The notes under the pieces are model-generated. The model worked only from the letters and a program-made list of their open reading frames with translations, had not been told where the DNA came from and searched no databases. From Bacillales bacterium UBA784 (lineage in GTDB: Bacteria; Bacillota_I; Bacilli_A; RFN20; CAG-288), in the NCBI GenBank assembly GCA_002297045.1, contig DBJE01000003.1, positions 65,537-129,536 on the forward strand: 64,000 nucleotides of DNA. The letters run 5' to 3'. Shown here piece by piece: positions 53,964 to 62,718 of the stretch (position 1 is the first letter of the stretch; each line of letters starts with the position of its first letter). A program made the translations under genes and the position numbers.

Positions 53964-55736
53964 TTACTCCTTTAAGAGCTTTTCTAATTCGTCAACGAGC
54001 TCTTTCCTTCTCTTTGTAACTGCGGAGAAGGCCTCTTTCTTTGTTAAGTCTACTCCTGCCCTTTTCACTTCGTCAATCGGATACCTGCTTCCGCCGGATT
54101 TGAGCATTTTGAGGTAGTTTTCAAAAGCGTCCTTCTCTCCGTTACGGAAGTTTTCGTAGATGAGCCTAGAGGCAGTGAAGCTGGTTGCATATTGATAGAC
54201 ATAGAAAGGGGTATAGAAAAGATGGGGGATATAAGCCCAGACAAGGGGCTTAAGCTCTTCTTTGGTAATATCGATTCCATAATAGGTCTTGTAGAGCTTG
54301 ACCCTTTCTTTGGAAAGGACTTCATAGTTGATTGGCTCTCCTTTTTCCGCCCTCTGGCTGATTTCCCATTCGTACTGGGCAAAAAGGGTCTGACGGTAGA
54401 AGGTGGAGACAATCTGGTCGATTGACTTCTGCAATAAGGCAATCTTGTCGTTTTTCGACAGGGATTTGCTCTTCCTGAAGTAGTCGAGCAGATTGTGTTC
54501 GTTGAAGGTGGATGCGATTTCGGCGACGAAGATGGTGTAGTCCTGCTTGACAAGGGGCTGGCTTTCCTCTGAGTACCTGGTATGGACACTATGCCCTGCT
54601 TCATGGGCAAGGGTGAAGACATCCTCGAGGTCTCCGTTGAAGTTTAGCAGGATATAGGGGTGGATATTCGCACTTCCCGAAGAATATCCTCCTGTCCGTT
54701 TCCCGCTTCTTGGATAGACATCCACGTATCCTTCCTTGAGGACATCATTGGCCTTTTCCTTATAATCGGTTGGGTAATCTTTTATGGAATCAAAGAAAAT
54801 GGATTTTGCTTCTTCATAGGTGTATTTCTTTTCGCTCTTAGCCAAAGAGAGAAAACGGTCAAAGGAATAATGATGGTCGAGATGGAAGAACTTCCGGCGG
54901 ATTTCATAGTACTTATGTAGCGGAGCGGCGTTTTCGCTTGCTTCCTTTATCAGATTCTGGAAGACGGACTCATCGATTTTATTGGAATAGAGATGTTCCT
55001 CAAGGACAGAAGAATATCCTCTTGCTTTCCTTTCACTGATTTCTGCCTGGATGACACTGTTATAGATTTCCCCATAGGTGTTTTTATGTTCGTCATACCA
55101 GGAATAGAGGCTGAGGAAGACTTTTCTCCGGTCTTCCTGTTTTTCCAAGGAACCTTCCAGGGAAGTCCAGTTGGACCTATTCACTTCGACTTCCTCTCCG
55201 CTTGAAAGTTTTACTTTCTTCGGGACATAGTCTCCGACGGAAAGCTGGGAATAGAGGGTGGCTCCCCTTCCCTGAAGAGGAGCAAAATAACTCCTAAGCT
55301 TTTCCTCTCTTACCGGGAGAGTGAATTTCCCTCCCCGGAAGACTTTCTCAATCTGGAAGTCAAAATCTTTGTATTCGGGGTTTTTGGCAAAAAACCCGTC
55401 CCTATGTTCCTTGCCTAACGCAAGGATTTCAGGTGTGGAATAGGAATCCTGGGATCCGTATTCGTTAAATAGGTTTTCGACCTTGGCCAAATCCGTCAGG
55501 TTTCTGACGTTCTTCTTATCTAAGTCAGAACGCCTGGAAGCATACCTTCCTAGATGATTGAGAACTTCGCTTGCTTTTCTTTCCCTGTCGAAATAGGCTT
55601 TCCTTTCCTTCTCGTCCTTCAGTTTCCCTTGGAAGGAGGAAATCCCCTTAAGAAGCACCTCCTGAGCATAGGAAAGGTCTTTTTCGAAGTCGTCCTGCGT
55701 TTTATAGATGTGGCTTAAATCCCAGATTTTGTCCAT
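53964..55736 (-). CDS. pepF: oligoendopeptidase F (M3B metallopeptidase)
   Basis: HEAGHSVH zinc motif, typical PepF length and C-terminal region. RBS AGGAGAG. Confidence 0.9.
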   Translation of the reverse strand: MDKIWDLSHIYKTQDDFEKDLSYAQEVLLKGISSFQGKLKDEKERKAYFDRERKASEVLNHLGRYASRRSDLDKKNVRNLTDLAKVENLFNEYGSQDSYSTPEILALGKEHRDGFFAKNPEYKDFDFQIEKVFRGGKFTLPVREEKLRSYFAPLQGRGATLYSQLSVGDYVPKKVKLSSGEEVEVNRSNWTSLEGSLEKQEDRRKVFLSLYSWYDEHKNTYGEIYNSVIQAEISERKARGYSSVLEEHLYSNKIDESVFQNLIKEASENAAPLHKYYEIRRKFFHLDHHYSFDRFLSLAKSEKKYTYEEAKSIFFDSIKDYPTDYKEKANDVLKEGYVDVYPRSGKRTGGYSSGSANIHPYILLNFNGDLEDVFTLAHEAGHSVHTRYSEESQPLVKQDYTIFVAEIASTFNEHNLLDYFRKSKSLSKNDKIALLQKSIDQIVSTFYRQTLFAQYEWEISQRAEKGEPINYEVLSKERVKLYKTYYGIDITKEELKPLVWAYIPHLFYTPFYVYQYATSFTASRLIYENFRNGEKDAFENYLKMLKSGGSRYPIDEVKRAGVDLTKKEAFSAVTKRRKELVDELEKLLKE

Positions 55737-55893
55737 GTCCGTACTCTCCTTTTCTGGCAGTAATTATTATACGAAGAAGAAACCTTTTTGTCTTGTTTAT
55801 GCCTAGGAAAAAAATCAAAGGAAAAAGAAAGGGGTTTCCTCTATCACTTTTGGGAAAAGCCATTAAAATACAGCCTGAGGAGAATATTTTGTT

Positions 55894-57264
55894 ATGCTTC
55901 AAATGAATTCGAGTCTGTTCCTTGCCGAAAGCGAACAGCCCTACAAGATTCTGATTGTCCTTGGCTTCATCCTGATTTTGGCAAAGACTTTTTCCCTTGT
56001 CCTGTCGAAACTTCATGTTCCCCAGGTCATCGGGTATCTGATTGCCGGCCTAGTCGTCGGACTTCTTACCTTCATTCCTAATGATCCTTTTGAAATTACT
56101 GTCGTTAACGGGACGAAATCCTATGTCGGGAACGGACTTGACTTCTTTGCCAAGGTCGGTGTCGTCCTAATCAGGTTCTCTGCCGGTCTTGAAACGGACC
56201 TAAAGAAAGTGAAATCAAGGGGTATCCAGTCTTCCATCATCACCGTCCTTGGTGTCATCGTCCCTCTTCTTTTTGGATTCCTTGCCGCTTTTGTCACGAA
56301 TAAAGTGACCGGTGGCATCTTGACCCCTGAAGGACAGCCGGAAATCTATTCCGAGCTTTACTATGGCGTCATTCTCTCTGCCACTTCTGTTTCGATTACT
56401 GTTGCTACACTGAAGGAACTAAAAAAGTTAGATACCCCTGTCGGAACAGCACTTGTTTCCGCTGCCATCCTTGATGATATTATCGGCATTGTTCTTCTCT
56501 CCCTGATTCTCTCCTTGGCTTCGAGCGGCACAGGAGGAGGGGACAGCTCAACCTTTGCCGGAAGGATTATCAATGCAGCAGACATCACCAATACTGCCGC
56601 TTCGATTTCCTTGATTGTCTTCTTCATGCTTCTCTTCTTTGCCATTACCGTTTTCCTTGGCTACATTAGGAAGCGATTCTTCAACTATCTAGGAAAGAAA
56701 TACCCTCATCATATCCGAATCACCATTCTAGCCTTAGGCTTCTGCTTCGTCTGGTCCTATCTTGCGGAATATTTCTCTATTGCCGATATTACCGGTGCAT
56801 ATAGGATCGGCCTTGTCCTCTCCTCCACCATCGTTCAACACTATGTCGACCATCGTACCGAGACGATTGCCGATAACATCTTTGCCCCGGTCTTCTTTGC
56901 CAATATCGCAAGGGCAAGGTACCAGGGGGAGAAGTTCACCTCAGAGTTCCTTGCCTTTGGCATAGTCTGGGTCATCTGCGGACTGCTTGGGAAAATCATC
57001 GGCGCAGGGACAGGTTCCCTTATCTGCAAGTTTAAGTTCAAGGATGCCCTTCGGGTCGGAATCGGAAGGATGGCTAGAGCAGAGGTCTTGATTGTCTGTG
57101 CCGATAAAGGCGTTGCCGGCGGGCTTGTCGATAATCAGATTATGGTCTATACCTTAGTTCTCATCCTTGTCAGTTCCTTCCTTACTCCTATTCTTCTTAA
57201 GGTTCTGTATAAAGGAGACGATTCCTCTAGCGTCGGACTGAAGAAAGAAGAAAAACAGGCCTAG
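55894..57264 (+). CDS. cation:proton antiporter (CPA2/Na+/H+ exchanger family)
   Basis: About 12 TM segments, N-terminal KLHVPQVIGYLIAGLVVG typical of Kef/NapA-type antiporters. RBS GAGGAGAA. Confidence 0.85.
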   Translation: MLQMNSSLFLAESEQPYKILIVLGFILILAKTFSLVLSKLHVPQVIGYLIAGLVVGLLTFIPNDPFEITVVNGTKSYVGNGLDFFAKVGVVLIRFSAGLETDLKKVKSRGIQSSIITVLGVIVPLLFGFLAAFVTNKVTGGILTPEGQPEIYSELYYGVILSATSVSITVATLKELKKLDTPVGTALVSAAILDDIIGIVLLSLILSLASSGTGGGDSSTFAGRIINAADITNTAASISLIVFFMLLFFAITVFLGYIRKRFFNYLGKKYPHHIRITILALGFCFVWSYLAEYFSIADITGAYRIGLVLSSTIVQHYVDHRTETIADNIFAPVFFANIARARYQGEKFTSEFLAFGIVWVICGLLGKIIGAGTGSLICKFKFKDALRVGIGRMARAEVLIVCADKGVAGGLVDNQIMVYTLVLILVSSFLTPILLKVLYKGDDSSSVGLKKEEKQA

Positions 57265-57274
57265 AGAAAAAAGA

Positions 57275-57300
57275 CCGCCCTAGGCAGGGCGGCCCTTTTT
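57275..57300. terminator. bidirectional terminator between the antiporter and lipoprotein genes
   Basis: AAAAAA-GA-CCGCCCT-aggc-AGGGCGG-CCCTTTTT. Confidence 0.65.
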
Positions 57301-58231
57301 AGTTTGTAAGCGGCTGGCTGACAACGGGAACGTACTTTTTGATGTAGTCGAACTTTTCCCCGAATCCGCCGTAGTAGTTTAGGTATTCTTCGTAACTACG
57401 GTAATGGTCGCCTGTGAAGAAAACATAGCGGTCAGATGAATCCTTGATGACTTTGTCGTCTCCGTATTTATAGGAGAAGACAAGACGTAGGGTATCCCGG
57501 GTAATCTTCTGCCCATCATTATACCCTTTCGCCCCGATATCCCTCTCCCTGTATTGGTATTCCCCCTCATGTCCGGTGCCACTTTTTGTCGGGAGCTTTG
57601 GCTCTTTGGCATAGCTTCCCGAAGCCGTGTTATAGAAGCGGGAGAAGTTCAGGCGGAGGTATTTTCCCCATGGGGAAGTCTTGACATTGACCCCGTTTTT
57701 CTTTGCCACATAATTGGCAGGTATGTTTCCAAAGGCCATGACATAGGCACACACATCTTCGATTGTGATATATGCCCCTCCTTTATAGATGGTTTTGACC
57801 GGTTTCCCCTCTCCGTCGTAGACGGTATAACTGTTGCCGTCTGCGGAATAGGAATATCCGCTGTTACGGATATAGGTGTCACCAAGCCTTGGCTGATAGG
57901 AAGCGTGCTGAGGGGAACTAAGCAGTGGGGTTAAATCCCCACTCCTGAAATAATGCTCGCTCCGGAAAAGGGCATCCTGATAGGAGGTAGCGGGGACGTA
58001 GTTAGCATAGAAGGTCTCTTCACTCCTATTGATGTAGGGATCTTTCTCTGAGGAAGTACTTTCCGTTTCCGAGTCTGATGATGAGGATGCTTCCTCCTCG
58101 CTTGGCTTTTCCGGGACCGAGGAGGAGTCTTCGGCAGTCGAAGAAGGATAGGATGTGCTTGGTGAGGATGGAACATTTGAGCAGCTACTGATTAGAAAAA
58201 ATAATACGAATAGAGACAGATACTTTTTCAT
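57299..58231 (-). CDS. lipoprotein with C-terminal barnase-type (N1/T1/Sa family) ribonuclease domain
   Basis: Lipobox LISSC after the signal peptide, a Ser/Glu-rich linker, then VCAYV.AFGNIPANYV.K, KLPTKSG...Y-x-E-x-DI, R..LRLVFS, FFTGDHYRSY. These align with barnase VADYLQTYHKLPDNYITK / GKLPGKSGRTWREADI / SDRILYS / KTTDHYQTF. Confidence 0.7.
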   Translation of the reverse strand: MKKYLSLFVLFFLISSCSNVPSSPSTSYPSSTAEDSSSVPEKPSEEEASSSSDSETESTSSEKDPYINRSEETFYANYVPATSYQDALFRSEHYFRSGDLTPLLSSPQHASYQPRLGDTYIRNSGYSYSADGNSYTVYDGEGKPVKTIYKGGAYITIEDVCAYVMAFGNIPANYVAKKNGVNVKTSPWGKYLRLNFSRFYNTASGSYAKEPKLPTKSGTGHEGEYQYRERDIGAKGYNDGQKITRDTLRLVFSYKYGDDKVIKDSSDRYVFFTGDHYRSYEEYLNYYGGFGEKFDYIKKYVPVVSQPLTN

Positions 58232-58258
58232 ACCTAAATAGCTTCTGTTTCAGGTTAA

Positions 58259-58618
58259 TTAGTCTTCTTTTTCCTTTTCCCGGTGAAGGGAGTCGTTGAC
58301 CGAGAAATGGCTTCCGTGGTATCGCTTATGGAGTTTATCAAGGTTATACTGGGCTACTTCCTCAAGGGAGAGAGAAAGCCCGCTTGCCGTTTCGGCGATG
58401 TACCAAAGGACGTCTCCAAGTTCTTCCCTCCTGTGTTCCTTGTTGAAGGGATGCCCCTGGAAGAGATTCTTTTTAACAATGTCGGCACATTCCCCGCTTT
58501 CTCCCGAGAGGCCCAAGACTCCGTTAAGGACAAGGTTCTTCTTCCCTTCCTCGCTGATAAGCTCATAGGCTTCCTTCTGGTACTGGTTGAAACTCAGCTT
58601 TTCTTTTTTGTCATCCAT
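58259..58618 (-). CDS. MazG-like nucleoside triphosphate pyrophosphohydrolase (small, YpjD-type)
   Basis: GLSGESGE...EELGDVLWYIAE motifs. Confidence 0.8.
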   Translation of the reverse strand: MDDKKEKLSFNQYQKEAYELISEEGKKNLVLNGVLGLSGESGECADIVKKNLFQGHPFNKEHRREELGDVLWYIAETASGLSLSLEEVAQYNLDKLHKRYHGSHFSVNDSLHREKEKED

Positions 58619-58635
58619 GATCTTCTTTCCTTTCT

Positions 58636-59130
58636 TTAATCGACTACGATAGTAAAGTCTTTCTTTTTGTATTTGATAATCGGCTCATAGCTTCCGACAA
58701 GGAATTCCTCTTTTCCTGGAAGACGGTCAAAAGGAAGAAAGGCAATCCTTGTGGATTCTTCGTCATGGGGACGGTTCAATAAGCATTCTTTCGAATCGAC
58801 CTTGAAGAGAAAAACGATGTTGGTGTAGGCGGTCACGTCTCCGTTTGGATAGGTGACCTTGTTCTTATTCGGGGAAATGATCCTAAACAGGTTTCCTCCT
58901 TTAAGGGAGAGACCGGTCTCTTCTTTTATTTCCCGCAGCACCCCTTCCCTGATTGTTTCATCCCTGTCAAGGCAGCCACCGGGAAGAGAATACTTTCCGT
59001 TGTCTCTTCTCTTTTCCAGCAGGATTTCGTCTTTTTCGTTGACCACTAGGGCACTGACCCCGGTCGCCCTGACTTCTCTGTGTCCGATCATTTTCCGGAT
59101 ATAAGGAATATATTCTCTGTTTCGGCTCAT
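58636..59130 (-). CDS. NUDIX hydrolase
   Basis: Nudix box GGCLDRDETIREGVLREIKEETGL. Start at the ATG at 59130, which lies 6 nt after a TATAAT (no RBS). Confidence 0.8.
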   Translation of the reverse strand: MSRNREYIPYIRKMIGHREVRATGVSALVVNEKDEILLEKRRDNGKYSLPGGCLDRDETIREGVLREIKEETGLSLKGGNLFRIISPNKNKVTYPNGDVTAYTNIVFLFKVDSKECLLNRPHDEESTRIAFLPFDRLPGKEEFLVGSYEPIIKYKKKDFTIVVD

Positions 59131-59153
59131 GGAAACATTATAATAGAAACGAT

Positions 59154-59423
59154 ATGGATAGGAGAAGAATCGAGGCAAAAACAGCGCTTTCCCTTAGGAA
59201 GGCGGGGTATCGTCTTTTTTCTCTTTCTTCCGGGGAGAAGACAGGTTTCTTCCTTGACGGAGAAGGTAATGTTTTCGTCTATGACGAAAAGAAGGAAAGG
59301 CGTCTTTCCCCCTATCTTTTCCTTTCTTTAGACGAGACTTCCCTCTTTGAAAGGGACGGGGAGCAGGAAGAGGAAACGGTCGACAGGAAAAAGGATGAGG
59401 AATATTATTCCTGGCGACAATAA
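59154..59423 (+). CDS. hypothetical protein (89 aa), weak
   Basis: ORF only; divergent from the NUDIX gene. No RBS or family support. Confidence 0.3.
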   Translation: MDRRRIEAKTALSLRKAGYRLFSLSSGEKTGFFLDGEGNVFVYDEKKERRLSPYLFLSLDETSLFERDGEQEEETVDRKKDEEYYSWRQ

Positions 59424-59481
59424 CTCTTGAAATATCTCTTCTTTTTGCTATAATGGTTTGCGTTATCTGAGGTGAATTATC

Positions 59482-59646
59482 ATGGGAAAGAAAAGATTCG
59501 AAGCACGTGGCTTTGCCGATGAATGGAGAGCACGTCGCGAGAAGAAAGTCGCCAAGGAAGCCAAGCGCGAAGCCTTAAAGAAGGCTCAGCATAAGGCCGA
59601 AAAGGCTGCCGCTGCCGCCAAGGCAGAGTCTGCAAAAGCAGAGTAG
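59482..59646 (+). CDS. small highly basic protein (54 aa), absent from the ORF track
   Basis: TGCTATAAT extended -10, GAGGTGA RBS 7 nt before the ATG, ORF MGKKRFEARGFADEWRARREKKVAKEAKREALKKAQHKAEKAAAAAKAESAKAE, strong terminator immediately after. Confidence 0.6.
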   Translation: MGKKRFEARGFADEWRARREKKVAKEAKREALKKAQHKAEKAAAAAKAESAKAE

Positions 59647-59659
59647 CGTTGGCTTTGGA

Positions 59660-59686
59660 AGTCCGGCATACCGCCGGACTTTTTTC
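59660..59686 (+). terminator. rho-independent terminator after the 54-aa gene
   Basis: AGTCCGGC-atacc-GCCGGACT followed by TTTTTC. Confidence 0.8.
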
Positions 59687-59690
59687 TTTC

Positions 59691-59718
59691 GAAAAAATCC
59701 TGCCGCACAGGGCAGGAT
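59691..59718 (-). terminator. terminator after the 125-aa membrane protein gene
   Basis: Minus strand: ATCCTGCC-loop-GGCAGGAT followed by TTTTTT. Confidence 0.65.
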
Positions 59719-59725
59719 TTCTTTT

Positions 59726-60103
59726 TTACTTATTTTCCTCAGCTTCCCTAAGGATACGTTTCCGCTCCTCGAGACGGCGCTTCTTGGCTTCCTCGTTCTT
59801 TGCCTTTGCGGTATAGGCATAGACGACGATGATGATGCCGATCCTAGCAAAGAGCATCACCAAGGTTCCGAAGATACGGAAGTCGATGACTCCGCTCCTC
59901 TTCCAGGCGCTAGCCCAGTTCTTCTGCCAGGTATAGAACACGTTATCGGAAGCATGGCCGACATTGAAGGCAATCCTTCCGAAGATGGCAAACACAAGAC
60001 CGGTAATCCAGACTAGACCGAAGATGGCATACCAGGCGATTTCGCTCTTGTACCTTTTCTTTCCTTCGTCCTTGGAAGCTTCCTTTATGATTTGGTTTTC
60101 CAT
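59726..60103 (-). CDS. small membrane protein (125 aa, 3 predicted TM, K/E-rich tail)
   Basis: Hydrophobic segments WYAIFGLVWITGLVFAIFG and FGTLVMLFARIGIIIVVYAY. No family recognised. Confidence 0.55.
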   Translation of the reverse strand: MENQIIKEASKDEGKKRYKSEIAWYAIFGLVWITGLVFAIFGRIAFNVGHASDNVFYTWQKNWASAWKRSGVIDFRIFGTLVMLFARIGIIIVVYAYTAKAKNEEAKKRRLEERKRILREAEENK

Positions 60104-60119
60104 GGTTTTTCTTCTCCTT

Positions 60120-61067
60120 TTAGTCTTTCTTCTCTTCGGCAGGCTCTGCAGCAGGGGCAGCCTTAGCAGCCGGGGCTGGGGCAGGTTTATTTTCTACTTT
60201 CTTATCCCTCTCCTCACCGGCCTTGATGAACCTGATGTTCAGCTTCGAGCGGGTCTCCTTGATGATGGTGTCGAAATAGGAAGTGAACCTGTCAAAGAAG
60301 ACACGAAGGTCACTGGTCTGTTTCTTTCCGGTGAAGATTTCCGCATCGGAATAGACCTGGCTTCTCGCAAAGGCAAAGTCAGGGTCTTTGTCTCCATAGG
60401 TGTTCAGGACATTTACCCTGTCCTGATTCAGCTCATGGAATTCGTTTTCGAGCCTGCGGAAGGATGGATCGTTATGGACATCGAATTCCGGATCCTTGTT
60501 CGGATCGATTCCGTTGTGGGACTTGGAATAACTTTCGGCATAGGTCTTGACGTTCTTATTTAGTTCCCTGAACTTATTGGCAATCAGAATACAGGAAATC
60601 TTTCCGGAAAAGGCGTGATAATAGCGGATGTCCGTCCTGATGAGGTCGTAGAAATCCTGATCCAGCTTATTTTGTTCCTTTAAGGCCTTTAAGGCAGAAG
60701 TAAGGAACCTCTCAAGGAAGCTTCGGAGGCTGACAATCGAGGAATAAAGTTCGAGAATTAGGGATTCCTCGACATGGACCTTTGAATTGATGTCGACGGT
60801 GACGATACGGCCAGGATTTCCGTAGACGTCCTCGATGAAATACTGCCTGTCCTCCTTCAGTTTCTTCCCTGCGTCTCCGTTGCGGTCGCAGTTGACCGCA
60901 AAAGGAGTTCCTTCCTGGGTTAAGGAAACCAAAGCCTTTCCCCGCTGGGTACGTTCCTCAAGGCTGAAGCCATTGGCCGAGGTTGCAGGGAGGCAGTACC
61001 AGAGAGAGGATTCGAGAATTCTTGCTATCGTAAGGATTGTCCTCACGTTCCGTTCTTCGTTATTCAT
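60120..61067 (-). CDS. hypothetical protein (315 aa) with Ala/Pro-rich C-terminal tail
   Basis: Long ORF immediately upstream of the membrane protein gene. No family recognised. Confidence 0.5.
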   Translation of the reverse strand: MNNEERNVRTILTIARILESSLWYCLPATSANGFSLEERTQRGKALVSLTQEGTPFAVNCDRNGDAGKKLKEDRQYFIEDVYGNPGRIVTVDINSKVHVEESLILELYSSIVSLRSFLERFLTSALKALKEQNKLDQDFYDLIRTDIRYYHAFSGKISCILIANKFRELNKNVKTYAESYSKSHNGIDPNKDPEFDVHNDPSFRRLENEFHELNQDRVNVLNTYGDKDPDFAFARSQVYSDAEIFTGKKQTSDLRVFFDRFTSYFDTIIKETRSKLNIRFIKAGEERDKKVENKPAPAPAAKAAPAAEPAEEKKD

Positions 61068-61148
61068 GTTTTCTGCTCCTATTGAATAAAATCACGCACA
61101 CTTTTCCATTATAGCCAAAAAGAGGAGGTTTTCCAAAGGGTTTAACGC

Positions 61149-62018
61149 TTAATCATGCACGACTTTGTCATTCTCCCTCAGGGAAGGATAGTCGAGATAT
61201 TTTTTAAGGTCGTAGACATGATGGATGACATGGTTTGCCTTTGCCTTGAACGTATCTTCGGAATGGGACCTGGCGAAGGAATGGGGGAAGCGGGCGAACC
61301 TTGTCAAATCGTTTCCGCTGTCTCCGCAGACTAGGACTTCGTCGGGAGAGATACCATGTTCCTGACAGTATTTCCTCAGCACATCCCCCTTGTTTGCCCC
61401 GGGGGCGGTGACTTCCACAGTCGGTCCGGAATCGGCGAAGGAAAAGAAGTCACCGTATTCTTTCTGCCTTTTCTCTTTGTATAAGGCTGCTTTCTTCTTG
61501 GCCTTCTTTCCTACTCCGAAAAGGAGCCTCCTTTTGTAGGAGTCGGAAGTCATCCTCTTTTTCTCGAAAAGGGCGTCTTCCCCAAGCCTGATTTCCCGGA
61601 ATGCCGGGCGGAGGTAGTTATAGAGATAATAAAGGACGACCGAAACCGTGCTCCTATGGGGCTTAGTGATATAGAGAAAATCGTACTGATCGAAAAGAAC
61701 CCAGCCAATCACGTTCTTGTCCGGAAGATATTTCTCATAGAATTCCTTCCTTTTCCTCTTATTGAGGGGCTTCCTGTCGTGGAAGCCTTTCCCGTCCTTG
61801 ATATATCCACCGTTGCAGCCGATGAAGTCACTCTCCCGTTTCAGTCCCTTCCTGATCCGGGGAAGGATTTTGACGTTCCGGCCGGAAACCCTGCAGAGTT
61901 TTCCGCCACGGTCGATGAAGTTTCTTAGAAAGATCCGGTTCTTCTTCGGCCTTGCATAAACCCTATTTTTGGGATAAAAAAGCGTTCCGTCCAAGTCTGT
62001 CGCGATGAGTTTTATCAT
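61149..62018 (-). CDS. Cof-type HAD-IIB phosphatase
   Basis: MIKLIATDLDGTLF motif I, CGDSGNDL motif IV, enlarged cap region. Confidence 0.8.
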   Translation of the reverse strand: MIKLIATDLDGTLFYPKNRVYARPKKNRIFLRNFIDRGGKLCRVSGRNVKILPRIRKGLKRESDFIGCNGGYIKDGKGFHDRKPLNKRKRKEFYEKYLPDKNVIGWVLFDQYDFLYITKPHRSTVSVVLYYLYNYLRPAFREIRLGEDALFEKKRMTSDSYKRRLLFGVGKKAKKKAALYKEKRQKEYGDFFSFADSGPTVEVTAPGANKGDVLRKYCQEHGISPDEVLVCGDSGNDLTRFARFPHSFARSHSEDTFKAKANHVIHHVYDLKKYLDYPSLRENDKVVHD

Positions 62019-62077
62019 ACATCATCATTATACAGGCTTTAAGGACGGAACGTATCGGCTAATTGGATAAAATCGGA

Positions 62078-62626
62078 TTATCTGTCTATTTCGATGTTGC
62101 CGTAAGAGTGGTCATCACGCTCATAGAGGACGTTGACAAGCCCTGTCGCGGAATCAAGATAGATGAAGAAGGAATGGCCAAGCGCATCCCTGCGGGCTAA
62201 GGCCTCATCCCTATCCCTTGGGGCCAGGGAGAGAGACTTCCGCTTGACGACTTCGAAGTCCTTTTCGTCTAGTTCGCTCTTGGAGATATCCTCCCTCTTG
62301 AAGGAATCGTTGAAGGATTTGTTTTTCTTTTTTGCCTTTTCGAGCTGCGTCTTCCTTTTCCGCCTCTGACCTTCTAGCTTTTCGACCACTAGGTCAATGG
62401 CATTGTAATAGTCGGAGTCAATGGCTTTTGCACGGAGAAACACACTTCCCGCCTGCCTGGACACTTCTACGGATACCTGTCTCTCTGAAAGCACTTTCAG
62501 AGTTACCGAAGTGTGGATGTTTTCCCTGTTGCGGAAGTAACGATTGAATTTTGATAGCTTATCTTCGGTACTTTTCTTCCTTGCCGGAGTAACGGATACA
62601 TCTTTGGATATATATTGGATTTCCAT
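62078..62626 (-). CDS. hpf: ribosome hibernation promoting factor (long HPF/YvyD type)
   Basis: N-terminal S30AE domain, K/E linker, C-terminal dimerisation domain (HSFFIYLDSATGLVNVLYERDDHSYGNIE). Confidence 0.9.
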   Translation of the reverse strand: MEIQYISKDVSVTPARKKSTEDKLSKFNRYFRNRENIHTSVTLKVLSERQVSVEVSRQAGSVFLRAKAIDSDYYNAIDLVVEKLEGQRRKRKTQLEKAKKKNKSFNDSFKREDISKSELDEKDFEVVKRKSLSLAPRDRDEALARRDALGHSFFIYLDSATGLVNVLYERDDHSYGNIEIDR

Positions 62627-62718
62627 ATTACTGTAACCCCTTTCGTACTTATATTATAGAGAAAGAAGCCGGCTTTTTAAAGGGGAAGGAAAAAGGCCGG
62701 CTTCCACCGGCCTTCCCC

